A stretch of DNA of 52,204 bases, the filler included, from Malassezia furfur (taxonomy: Eukaryota): NCBI GenBank assembly GCA_052055015.1. It is 2 parts of 2 records of this genome, joined end to end, with 100 filler letters (N's around TTAATTAATTAA, not from the genome) between each part and the next. Parts side by side here need not be neighbours in the genome. Positions count along the whole stretch, not along the records: positions 1 to 26,226 come from JBQJIT010000130.1; positions 26,327 to 52,204 come from JBQJIT010000131.1. One strand, 5' to 3'. Of the stretch, positions 22,261 to 32,798 are shown in pieces. Each line of letters starts with the position of its first letter. Position 1 is the stretch's first letter. The notes under the pieces were generated by a model. It was not told the origin of the DNA, made no database searches, and was given only the letters and a program-made list of their open reading frames with translations. Made by a program: the position numbers and the translations under genes.

Positions 22261-23045
22261 ATGGTCTTGGCAAACTGGGCAGGGTCGTGTGCAAAGCGTC
22301 CGAGGAACAGACCATCAACTCCCTCGTAGATGTGCTCGTACAGCCCCGGCTTCGCGGAGCCGCCGTAGAGGATCCGCAGCGACGCATCGCTGCGGCCCGG
22401 GAACTCGTCCAGGCACCGCGCACGCAGCGCCTGCGTCACTGCGACTATGTGCGCGGCACTCGCAGGCTGCGCCTTCCCGATCGCCCACACGGGCTCGTAC
22501 GCAAGCACCACATCGGCGTCCGTCGGCACCGCCTCGAGCACCGCGCGTGCCTGCTGCCAGCACTCGCTCACCGCGAGCTCGGTGTCCTCGCCAGGGTACG
22601 TCACCTCGCCCACACATACGAGAGGGAGCATTCCGTTGCGTACGATGGCGCCCGCCTTGCTTGCGACGATCACGTCCGTCTCGCCAAACAGGCTGCGACG
22701 CTCGGCGTGCCCAATCTCGACGAGGCGGCAGCCGGCTTGAGCGAGCGTCTTGGCCGAAACCTCGCCGGTGTACGCGCCTGCATCCTGGTCATGCGTGTCT
22801 TGCGCGCCCACCCACACCTCGGCCTGTGCGTCCTGCACGATTTCGCGCACGCTGGTCAATGAGACAAAGTCGGGGATCACAAAGACGTCGAGTGCTTGGT
22901 GCCCTGCTGCATCGCGTGGGGGAAAATCGGGCAGCTCGTTGAGCGTACGCACAACGTCGCGCACGTACGAGCGCGTCTTTTCCAAGTCAAAGTACATCTT
23001 GAGCGAGGTGCCGACGAGGCGCCGGCGCGGTCCCGTGGTCGGCAT
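22224..23045 (-). CDS. Triosephosphate isomerase family protein, non-canonical (TPI2-type)
   Basis: GTSLKMYF in place of the usual GNWKM, plus GAYTGEVS, GHAERR, AYEPVWAIG, LYGGS, DGLFLGR. 273 aa, intronless. Confidence 0.88.
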   Translation of the reverse strand: MPTTGPRRRLVGTSLKMYFDLEKTRSYVRDVVRTLNELPDFPPRDAAGHQALDVFVIPDFVSLTSVREIVQDAQAEVWVGAQDTHDQDAGAYTGEVSAKTLAQAGCRLVEIGHAERRSLFGETDVIVASKAGAIVRNGMLPLVCVGEVTYPGEDTELAVSECWQQARAVLEAVPTDADVVLAYEPVWAIGKAQPASAAHIVAVTQALRARCLDEFPGRSDASLRILYGGSAKPGLYEHIYEGVDGLFLGRFAHDPAQFAKTIQEVYAAGRTGA

Positions 23046-23104
23046 GGTGGGGGGGGACGGTGCGCGGCGCACGGACGCGTACGGCCCTCCACCTTCTTCG
23101 CACG

Positions 23105-23441
23105 ATGGAAAACGCAATGGAAACGGTAGGCCGCAAGTGCACGGCGCAGATGGGTACGCAAGGCGACTAACGCAGCCGACTTTGAGCGGTGCATTGTCGC
23201 GAACAAAGGCGACGGCAGCAAGTGCGTCGAGTCGCAACAGGCGCTTGCGCAGTGTGCGGCAGCCGCCGTACCCATGCTGCAGACTGTCAAGGAGCAATGT
23301 GGCCCGGCAATCCGCGCGTACGATGCGTGCATGCACAACAACGCTCACAAGGGCGACGACGAGCTCACCGAGGCGTGCACGCCCGCGCTGCGCGCGCTGT
23401 GGGCATGCACGGAGCGTGTCAAGGCCGAATCGTCGTCCTAA
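23105..23441 (+). CDS. MIX14: Mitochondrial intermembrane-space protein with four CX9C motifs (Mix14/CHCHD5)
   Basis: Not in the ORF track. A 22-nt intron at 23154-23175 yields MENAMETVGRKCTAQMADFERC...CVESQQALAQC...CGPAIRAYDAC...CTPALRALWAC. Confidence 0.85.
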
Positions 23442-23446
23442 GATCC

Positions 23447-23919
23447 CTATACAAATAGACGTGACAGTCCTAACCGCGCGACCCACGCGCCGATCGTCTC
23501 GCGCATGGGTGCCGTCTTTTCCGCGACCTTGGCGAGGGTCGTGGCACGCGCCGTGGGCGACCGCATGCGCCGTGCGGCTGCAATGGCATACACCTGCCGC
23601 GCGTGGGTCAGCGCCACACCGCCCAGGCCCCACAGCATGCCCTGCCAAATCGGCGAGAAGAATTGCTCCATAAGCAGTGTCCACAGGAATGGGAGCCTGC
23701 GGGGTGAGTGGGGGGGACGTACCATGCAACGCGCGTCGTGTCTTGCCACGGCGTCCGTGGCTCCTCGATCGGCACAACGCCCGTGCCATCCGGCTCAGCG
23801 ACGCGCACATGCTTCCGCACGGTCGTCAGAAAAAACTGCTCCTGCCGCAGGTCCGGCAATGTCGCGCGCGGGACGCGCACGGGCGGCTCTACGGACCGGC
23901 TGGACCGCCCCGTGCTCAT
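23447..23919 (-). CDS. DUF1770-like fungal protein
   Basis: LPDLRQEQFFL and EQFFSPIWQGMLWG resemble the DUF1770 consensus as I recall it. One 26-nt intron at 23697-23722. Confidence 0.65.
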
Positions 23920-23961
23920 CACGGTGGCAGTGGTTTAGTCAGCAAACGCTCCGGTCCGACG

Positions 23962-24438
23962 ATGGCGTCCGCGGCACCGGGCGCGACGGCGGGCGGCGCG
24001 GGCGGCGCGGACGTTGCCGCGGCGACTGCGGCGACGGCATCCACTACGCCGCTTGCACCAAACACCACAGCGCCGAGCGGTGCGCCGCTCTCAGCCGCGT
24101 CGCTCGATGCGTCGCTCGCCGAGCTGGCGACGACGTTGCTTCCTGCCACGCGGCATGCGGGAGACACGCTGCTGGAGCGCGTGTACGTGCACCACTGACG
24201 CAGGATGTACGCGCTGTACTACGATAGCGATGCGTCCGAGGCATTGGACCAGCTGGATGCGCGGCTCGCAGAGCTGCAAAAATTCCTACGAGACACGGGG
24301 TTGAGCGGTATTCCGTTGACCACCGACGCGTCGCGCGCGACCGATGTCCCTGCCGAGACGCGAAGTACGTTTGAGATGCGTGCGCGGCTCAGCGATGCGA
24401 CGGCGCTGGTGTCCAGTATCTTGCGGGCGGACGAATAG
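23962..24438 (+). CDS. Hypothetical protein (Ala-rich N-terminus, helical C-terminus)
   Basis: ATG 23962. A 21-nt intron at 24183-24203 (GTACGT...CTGACGCAG) removes an in-frame TGA and joins ORF 24205-24438. Confidence 0.7.
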
Positions 24439-24441
24439 GGT

Positions 24442-25264
24442 TCAGCTCCGTAGTGCCACGATGCGGTCCGGCGCCAGCTCGAGCGCCTCGGCAAACGTGA
24501 GTCCGCCTTTCTCGCCGCCGTTGAGCGGCAGCGGCGTCGTGTAGGTGATGCCGTCCTCACCAATAGGCTTGGCACCGACGGTGACGATCACCGACTGCAC
24601 CATGCCGGGCTGCTCCGCGTTCGCGGCGAGCAGGGAGTCGATGACCTGGGCACCGCCCTCGACCATAACCGAGAAGAGGTGGTGCTCTTCGAGCGTGGTG
24701 CGGATCGCTGGCCACGTCAGTTTGTCTTCGGCCCCGGCCTCGACGAGGACAACTTCGGCACCCGCGTGGGTGAGCGCTTCGCGACGACGGTGCCAATCCG
24801 CCACGTCGGCGGCATGGTGGGGCTGTGCCGCAAGAAGCAAAGGCGCACGTCCGGTGCCATCCGCGGCGTTGCGGATCAGCAGGCTGGACAACGGTGTTCG
24901 CAGCTCATTGTCCAGCACCACCGGCCGGGGGTGCTTCTTGGGTGCGGACCCGAGGCGGACTGGCGGTCAGCGGGGTTTCGGAGGGGCAGACGTACCGTTC
25001 AGCTGGGGGTCGTCATGGAGCACCGTGCCGATGCCCACGAGGATCGCGTCATGGAGCGCCCGAAGCCTGCCGGTGAGTTTACCCCACATACCGGTGGGTC
25101 ATTTCCATACTAGCCTCGCCGCTGATCTGCAGGCGCTGGCGCTGCGCGCCAGCAATCTTGCCATCGCTCGACTGCGCGAACGAGAGTGTGATGCACTTGT
25201 GCCCTGCGGTGGGTGCGTACGACGCCAGGAAGGTGTCCAACGGCTGCGCTGCTACCCCGGTCAT
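24442..25264 (-). CDS. RIB7: Riboflavin-pathway pyrimidine reductase (RibD C-domain)
   Basis: Motifs TLSFAQSSDGKIA, THRLRALHDAILVGIGTVLHDDPQLN, PRPVVLD, SVMVEGGA. Introns at 25067-25091 and 24960-24995. Confidence 0.92.
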
Positions 25265-25290
25265 GGTGTGGAGGTTCTTCCGGCTAAACG

Positions 25291-26085
25291 ATGGTGGAGA
25301 CCGTGTACATTGCCCGGCATGCGTTCCGGATGGCAATTTCGCACTTTAACCACGACGCTCAGGTCGCGCGCGATCCGCCGCTGACCGCGCACGGCGATGA
25401 GCAGGCGCGCGATTTGGCCGCCTTCTTTGCCGCGATGCCCGAAGACGAGCGGCCGGAACTGGTGGTGAGCTCGCCGTACTCGCGGTGCATCACTACGATC
25501 CTGCCGACCGTCGAGCGCCTCGGCATTGAGCTGGTGGTCGAGCCCGGACTTTCCGAGTGGTTTGCGCCCGTGTGGCCCGAGACGAGCGGGCAGCATCCGT
25601 CGCCGCGGCGCGCCGAGCATGTGCAGCGGCACTTTGCGGGGGTCTCGACGAGGTGGACGCCGTTGCTGTACCCCGACCCGCGCGGCGAGACGGTGCGCGA
25701 CGTGCACGAGCGGGTGTACGAGTGTTTTCGGCGCATCGAGGCGCGCCTCGATGCGTGGGGCATCCGGCGCGTGCTGCTCGTGTCGCACGCGGCGTCGATC
25801 ATTGCGCTCGGGCGCATGCTGCTGAGCGACGGCGACGTGGGCCGCGCGACGCAGCCCGTGCGTGCGGGCACCGCAAGCGTGAGCAAGTATACGCGCGGCG
25901 CCGATGCACGGTGGACCCAGGTGTACAATGGGAATACGTCGTTTCTACCAGGAGGCTCGGAGCGCGAGTGGGACTTTACGTTCGTGCCCGACAACAACAC
26001 CGAGCCGGGGATGGGCGCCGACTGGCACGACCAGTACGCACCGCAGGACGGTACGCTGGTGTTCCGTGCACGCTCGCGCATGTAG
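25291..26085 (+). CDS. Histidine phosphatase/phosphoglycerate mutase family protein (TFIIIC tau55/Tfc7-like)
   Basis: Motifs IARH, LTAHG, SSPYSRC, VEPGLSEW, LVSHAA, NGNTSFLPGGSEREW. Confidence 0.8.
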   Translation: MVETVYIARHAFRMAISHFNHDAQVARDPPLTAHGDEQARDLAAFFAAMPEDERPELVVSSPYSRCITTILPTVERLGIELVVEPGLSEWFAPVWPETSGQHPSPRRAEHVQRHFAGVSTRWTPLLYPDPRGETVRDVHERVYECFRRIEARLDAWGIRRVLLVSHAASIIALGRMLLSDGDVGRATQPVRAGTASVSKYTRGADARWTQVYNGNTSFLPGGSEREWDFTFVPDNNTEPGMGADWHDQYAPQDGTLVFRARSRM

Positions 26086-26106
26086 TCGTTCTAAGATACA
26101 AATGAA

Positions 26107-26653
26107 TCAGCGCGGCCAGGGCAGCCGCGACGAGGTGTTGACCCACGGGCAGGGACAGGGCCGGCTGCCGCCCGGCGATGCAGCGGCCGCCGCCGGCGAT
26201 GCGGCCGACGCGGCCGACACGTCGCCNNNNNNNNNNNNNNNNNNNNNNNNNNNNNNNNNNNNNNNNNNNNTTAATTAATTAANNNNNNNNNNNNNNNNNN
26301 NNNNNNNNNNNNNNNNNNNNNNNNNNCCTCGCCACGTACCGACACAACCGCGTTTGATACGTATTTTTCGCCGCCGGCGCGGGGCGGCGGCGGGGGCGCA
26401 CCGGGACGACCGGCACGGGCCCGAGAGCATCGTGGCGCATGGCCGGCGAAACGAGTGCGTCGGTCCGGTACTTGGTCTGGAACTCGTCGTAGACGTCCAG
26501 CGTCGGCGAGAATTTCGCCGCGGGCGCCTTGGGCCGCAGCGGCGGCGGTGCATGCACGGCGTCGAACGGGTCCGCGTCGTCAATCGCGAACAGCATCGGG
26601 GAGGCACCGCTACGCAGGCTTTCGTCGATCCAGCGGTGGACCTTGTCTCCCAT
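26107..26653 (-). CDS. Probable CCCH zinc-finger protein interrupted by the assembly gap
   Basis: ORF from ATG 26653 ends at the gap with YQTRLCRYVAR, resembling the (R/K)YKTxLC lead-in of TIS11-type CCCH fingers. An open frame after the gap ends at TGA 26107-26109. Confidence 0.45.
26227..26326. other. Assembly gap with an artificial six-frame stop linker
   Basis: 44 N + TTAATTAATTAA + 44 N, exactly 100 nt. Confidence 0.97.
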
Positions 26654-26890
26654 CCGCGCCGTAGACGAGTGCGAATGAAAGGGGCAGCGCCGCGTGCGAA
26701 GCCCTGGCCACCGCCGCCGCCGGAGTGCCTTCTTGCGGTCATCTTACTCCACTTCACGTGATGCGCCCCATGACAAGGGGGCGCATCCTTGCAGCGCGCA
26801 TTATTGATACGGCCAATCAGCACGTTGTCGGGCTATGTGTGGGGTACACGCAAATGCGCTCGTCTACGTGGGATCGTCGCGTGAACATGG

Positions 26891-28601
26891 TTAGAGACCG
26901 CTGAACACGAGCGTCTTTTCCACGAGGAACTCGTCGATCCCCGTGGGGCCGCCCTCGCGGCCGAAACCGCTCTCTTTCACGCCGCCAAACGGAATCGTGT
27001 TCTGCGAGATCATGCCGGTGTTGATGCCGACCATGCCGACCTGGAGCGCCTCGCCCACGCGGAAGCAGCGGCCGACGTCCTGGCTGAAGAAGTAGCCGCC
27101 GAGGCCGACGTCGACATCGTTGGCGCGCTGGATCACTTCCTCCTCACTCGAGAAGCGGTACAGCACGGCCAGCGGACCAAAGGTCTCCTCGTCGTCCGTA
27201 GGCTGTGTGGTTAGTTTTTTTTCCCTTTGCGTTGTTGACGTACCATGTGCTTGCTCGCCGGCGCCGTGACGACCGTCGGCTCGAAGAAGAGACCCTCGCC
27301 GGGCTGCCCGCCCAGAAGGACATCGCCGCCCGCCTCTTTCACCTTGCGGATGTGCTCCTCGACCTTCTTCTTGCCCATCTCGTTGTTCAGCGGGCCCATA
27401 GTAACGCCCTTGTCCATGCCGTAGCCCACCTTGAATTCGGCGGCCTTGGCCACGAGCTTCTTGGCAAACTCATCAAAGATCTTGTCCGCGATGAAGATGC
27501 GGTTCGCCGAGACACACGTCTCGCCCGCACACCGGAACTTGCACTGGAGCAGGTTGTCGACAGCCAGATCGAGGTTCGCGTCGTCAAAGACGATGAACGG
27601 CGCGTTGCCGCCCAGCTCCATCGACAGCTTCTTGAGCGTCGATGCGCTCTGCTCGGCCAAGATCCTGCCGACGCGTGTGCTGCCCGTGAACGAGACGGTG
27701 CGGATCTTGGGGCTCTCGCACAGCGTACGGCCCATCGCCTGCTCGTCGTCGCCACGCGCGGCGATAAGCACGTTGACGACACCCTTGGGGAAGCCGACCT
27801 CGTCGATGAGCTGCGCGAGCGCGAGCGCACTGAGCGGCGCCTCGCACGGCGCCTTGACCACGCCCGTGCACCCTGCCGCCAGCGCCGGCGCCAACTTGCG
27901 CGTGATCATCGCCAGTGGGAAGTTCCACGGCGCGAGCAGGCCCGCGACGCCGATGGGCTGCTTGATCACGATGTTGCGCACCGCCGGGTTGGGGGCGGGC
28001 ACCGTCGTGCCGTATGCGCGGAGCGCCTCCTCGGCGAACCACTCGACAAACGAGTTGCTGTAGGCGACTTCGCTTTGGGCGTCCTCCAGCGCCTTGCCGT
28101 TCTCGGCGACGATAATGTGTGCAAGGTCGTCGGCATGCTCGTTGATCTTGTGGTACAGCTTGTACAGCAGATCGTGGCGCTCCTTGGGCGTGCGCTTGGA
28201 CCATGCCGGGAAGGCGTCGTAGGCCGCATCAATCGCCGCCTCAGTATCAGCCGTCGTCTGCGTCGGCACGGTTCCGATCTCCTCCAGCGTCGCCTTATCT
28301 GGGTGAGCAAAATGGCCACGCACTGATCACTTTCTGCGTCTTGCCACTCTTGGCCTGCACCCACTGTCCGTTGACGTAGGCATCGCTGCGCAACAGGGCC
28401 GAGTAATGGAGCTGCGTCAGGGGACCATGCACGTACCGGAAGCTCTGCGCGTCCCTGCTTCACAACGCCCTTGGGCATGTACTTGAACGTGTCTGTGGCA
28501 ACAAACTGCGGGTTTTCGTTTCCGGCGGCGACCATGATGGATCGAACTGGGTGGCGAACGGCGCAACGCAGCGGGACGCTATTTAAGACCGCACGGAACA
28601 T
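26891..28601 (-). CDS. UGA2: Succinate-semialdehyde dehydrogenase (ALDH5), probable mitochondrial presequence
   Basis: Motifs WFAEEA, PWNFPLAMITRK, FTGSTRVG, MELGGNAP, catalytic Cys in GETCVSANR, ETFGP, FGGVKESG. Introns at 28412-28436, 28299-28323, 27203-27243. Confidence 0.93.
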
Positions 28602-28695
28602 TGGCGTTGGGTGGAGGTTCGGCTAGGGTCCCACGGGTACTCGTTCCATCAGGGCAACGGGCGCCCACATCAGATGCACCGTGGCCAATCGCGCT

Positions 28696-30241
28696 TCATG
28701 CCCCCAAGATGTCGCGCTTGCATGTGGGGCACAGACGGCGCGTCCCTGTGAGCCAGTCGTCTCTGACGTCAGTGGGGTTGGCACGCACACTTCGTCCCGA
28801 TGATATACATGGCCGCACGGTAGCACACGCACGTGGTCCCTGCGTCAGTGGCGCGCGCACGTACCCTTCTTCAAAGCCTGCCAAGCAGATGGGGCACACG
28901 TCCTGTGCATACCGCCGCACGTCGAGTGCCGCCGAGATCGCGGGTGGCGCCGGCTCGTCGGGCACCAGCGGCGCGCGCTCGGCCTGGGCCTCGAGCGCCA
29001 CGGCCGCCTAGGCCTCGGCGCATGGCTCGCTCGCACGCGGTAGGGCGCCGCGCGCCACGCAACGCACTACCGCGTGGCGCACGCGGTCGTAGGCACACGA
29101 CACGTAGTAGGATGCATGTGCCCACCACCCCGCACCCTTGGGCGGCGCTGCAGGCAGCGACGACGCCGCAAGGAGCTCCCATGGGCCCTCGGCGTGCCAC
29201 CGGTAGCAAGGCAGGTGCCGCACGGCCTGCACCGATGCACGTTCGCGCCACTGCTTGACCACTTGCTTGAGGTGCTGCACAATCACAAACACGATCGTCA
29301 GGATCGACGGCATGAACAGCAGCAGCATGCCAAGGTCGATGGCCGACAGGTCCGGCAGCGAGCTGTCGAGGAACAGGCCGACCTCGAGTCCGTCGGTGTG
29401 CCGGCGGAACAGACCGCCGCTCGACGCCGTGAGCGACTCGTGGACCAGCTCGAGCAGCTCGAGGTAGCTGCTCCGGATCACGAAACACGACGGGATGACA
29501 ATGTCGTCTGCATCGCCGTCGGGGTACATGGTGATGGGCCGCGTCTCGCCGGTGTCCCACTCGTCGTTGTCCCACGGAATGTCGCGCAGCGAAACGAGGC
29601 GCTCGATCTGCGAGTCTTCGTCGTAGGCATGCTTGGCGTCGCCTACGACGACGGCAATCGCGCCCAGCTCCTGCGCGAGGCGCACCTTGTCGCTAAACGC
29701 ACACTCGCCGCGCTCCACGAGCGCAATCCAGTCGGGCGGCGGACGCCGCGCGGCGTTCGCACCCCACAGACCGGCCCATGCGGATGTCGACGCGGACGAC
29801 GCGGCCGCGTGCGATGCCGAGGGGCACCCATAGTTCGGCACAACGCCGTCTGCATCCTGCTCGCCGTAAAAGAGACGAATAGGCAGCAAATGCCCCCACA
29901 GTCCGTCGTCGTCGACCTTGCCTGGCCCAAACGCCGCGGGGCGCGTCAGGTACGATTTGTCGGCGCTCTGCGTCAGTGGGGCCACATACCAGCACCACGA
30001 TCTTGTTGCCAGGCCACTGTGTGCGTGGGTTGGGCGAGTCGGGCGCGCCCGCCTCAGACGCACCGTCGGCGGACGGCAGGGGCGCCACAGTGTCGTCCGA
30101 CACCATCGAGCCAACAAACCCGTACCGCGCGAGCTGGTCGTACGGACCTACGTGCGGCACCGTGCCTGCGCGGGCGCTCTGTGTGCACGCCACGCCCCAC
30201 ATCCCGAGCAGCGCGACCGCCGCGGCGCACCGTGCATGCAT
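28696..30241 (-). CDS. PA-TM-RING-H2 E3 ubiquitin ligase (RNF13/RMR-like)
   Basis: Signal peptide, PA domain (WIALVERGECAFSDKVRLAQELGA), TM and RING-H2 CPIC...LPCGHVYH...WL...CPTC. Introns at 29968-29989, 28840-28864, 28763-28788. An in-frame TAG at 29008-29010 needs a further intron or other explanation. Confidence 0.8.
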
Positions 30242-30402
30242 GTCGTCGAGTGGCGGCGTGTGCGTTCAGCCGGGGCCCGATCAAGGCCCGATGCGCTTTC
30301 CCTCGCTGCGCACGGCGGACCCACGCCGCGGGGTACGGCGGGGAGCGCGCGGAACGCGTAACGAGCATGGACGGGGATTCGCATTGCAAAAAAAAATATG
30401 GG

Positions 30403-31887
30403 CTAGGACTTGGTGATCGCAGGGGCCAACTCGCCGTTCAGCGGACCGGTCAGCTGCAACTCCTCGCCGTTGTCTACGGGGTTCGCGAGTTCCGCCGTGT
30501 CGGTCAGGGGCGGGGCGAGCTCGGTCGAGGCGCGCGCCTTGAGCGAGGACTGCGTCCCCGACACGGGGATCACTGCTTCGTCCTCGGGGCCAGGCACCAC
30601 GATCAAGGCCTCCTTCTGCGCGTCGCTGCTGGGCGCGTCTGTGGGTGCGGTCGCGGCCTTGTCCGCAGCCTTGCCTGCGGCGTCGTCTTTGCCCGAATGA
30701 GCCGCAGCGGCCGCGCCGCCCGCGCCCGCCGCAGCGGCGCCACCGGCACCTGCAGCGGCCACCGCGCCACTGTCCTTGGCATCCGCGCTGTCCTTGACGC
30801 CGGCCGCACCGGCGTCCGGTGCCGTGTTGGGCGCCTCAGGCGAGGGGTCTTCACCACGCTCGTAGGCGACCTTGGCCTTCTCCTTCTGTTCCTTGACCCG
30901 CTGGATGATCTCTTCGCCTTCGGGCGTGTTCCAAGGGCCTGCGTCCGAGAGCTGGCACCCGCCGGGACAGTTGCAATGGCCGCCGATGATCGACGGCAGA
31001 TTCTCGAGCGGGATTTGCTTGCCGAGCTCACTCACGGGGCTTGAGCCGAGGATCTGGATCTTTTCCGTGGTGACCGGGTCGAGCCAGCCCTTGACTACGC
31101 TCCAGACGGTGGTGAAGATGTACGGGGCGTTGATGATATAGAAGCGGCCTGGGTCAGTCGGCACGGAACGCACCCATCGTCTCCGGGTAGTAGTACTGTC
31201 CGATGCGGCTCGCCTGCTGGACATACGACGAGACCTTCCAGAATTGAGCCACACCGACGTTCTTCAGATCCATGATGGTGCAGCTGGTCTCGATCAGCTC
31301 GTGACGGAACTCGGAGCAGACCGGCAGACGCTCGCGCTGGAAGCGCTCGTATTCGAAGATCAGCTGCTGGATCAGGCGCTCGGGGGTCGTGCTGCAGGTC
31401 AGCTGGGACACACGACACGTACATCTCAAAGAGTTTCTTGATGTTCAGATTGCCCAGCTGCTCAATGTATACCGGCCGGCCATCGACATCCGTCTTGTGG
31501 TAAAATTTGGGGTACAGTTCGCTCACGGCCTTTTTCTCGGGGAACGTAAACGTGGCGTACAGCTCGTCGACTTTGTTCTCCTTGCGCCAGTTTTCGGCCT
31601 CGAGGAACATTTCCTCGGCCGCGGCAAGGTCCCACTTGCGCGCGCGAAGGAAGCGGCACACTGCGTCAGGGAGAGGGTAACGTACGGCATGCATCGTCGT
31701 GACGGTCGGGCGTATAAATGCCCTTCTGCTGGATGTCCTTGCGGAACTTGTCCAGCTGGTGCTGCTGTCCGGGATTCAGGTTGCCTGGGTGGCCAGGCTT
31801 CGGCCCGGACGACGCAGCGCCGTGTTCGTGCGCCATGGGTCGTTCGATTTCACTCGACTTGCGGTGGTGCTTAAAATAGCTAAACAT
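30403..31887 (-). CDS. SEC14: Sec14 phosphatidylinositol transfer protein
   Basis: Motifs [53 protein letters not shown]. Introns at 31661-31685, 31392-31422, 31149-31173. Ala-rich C-terminal tail. Confidence 0.93.
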
Positions 31888-32127
31888 GGAGCAACAAACG
31901 AGGCTGCACCACTAATTTCTGGCCTGGGACTAGTGAAAACGGAGCGTGTACGTTGCACTCAGCACAAGACACAACGATCCGGGACAAGGTCCAGCCTGCA
32001 ACCCACGCTGTGCTGTTGTTGGAAACCAACCCACTGCCCGTGCCGAGAATGGCTGCGCGGCGGACCTCGCTTCCACGTGACTCAACATTTCCCCGAACGT
32101 TGGGCCCAACACGACGGCGTGCGAAGG

Positions 32128-32693
32128 ATGAACATACGGCAGGCGACGGTACGCGGCGCAACGCTCACGCAGGTCGATGACCTTCTAGGGATGCAGAACT
32201 GCAATCTGCACAACCTACCGGAAAACTATACCATGCGCTACTGTACGTGCATCGCTCATACAGACTTTTACCACGCGCTCACCTGGCCGCAGCTGTCGTA
32301 CGTCGCCGAGGACGAAAAGGGCAAGATTGTAGGGTACATCCTCGGCAAAATGTACGTCGGCACGCACCGCACCGCTCACACCAGGGAGGAGGACCCGACC
32401 GATGGGATCCCCAACGGCCACGTCACCAGCATCTCGGTGCTTCGCTCGCACCGCCGCTTGGGCTTGGCAAACAAACTCATGAAGCTCAGTCGTGCGTACC
32501 ACGATTACTCACTCCAGAGACCGCAATGCGCGACACCTTCAACGCCCAATACGTTTCGCTCCACGTTCGCGAGACGAACCGCGCGGCGATCGCGCTGTAC
32601 CGCGACACGCTGGGCTTCCAGGTGCATGGCACCGAGCACAAATACTACGCCGATGGCGAAAATGCCCTTGCGATGCGCATGCAGCTGCAGTAA
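32128..32693 (+). CDS. ARD1: NatA catalytic subunit Ard1/Naa10
   Basis: Motifs [56 protein letters not shown]. Introns at 32149-32172, 32243-32263, 32352-32384, 32492-32517. Confidence 0.95.
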
Positions 32694-32798
32694 CGAGTCG
32701 GTCGATGGCCGGTAAATACATATACATTTCCTATAGCCACTGCATGGTCTGTTGGTGGAACAAGAGGGGCGGGGGGGGGGTGTTGCATGTCGTGTGCC

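Noticed and set aside
26271..26282. Perfect palindrome TTAATTAATTAA
   Set aside because: Centred in a symmetric N run totalling 100 nt. It is an artificial contig-joining linker.
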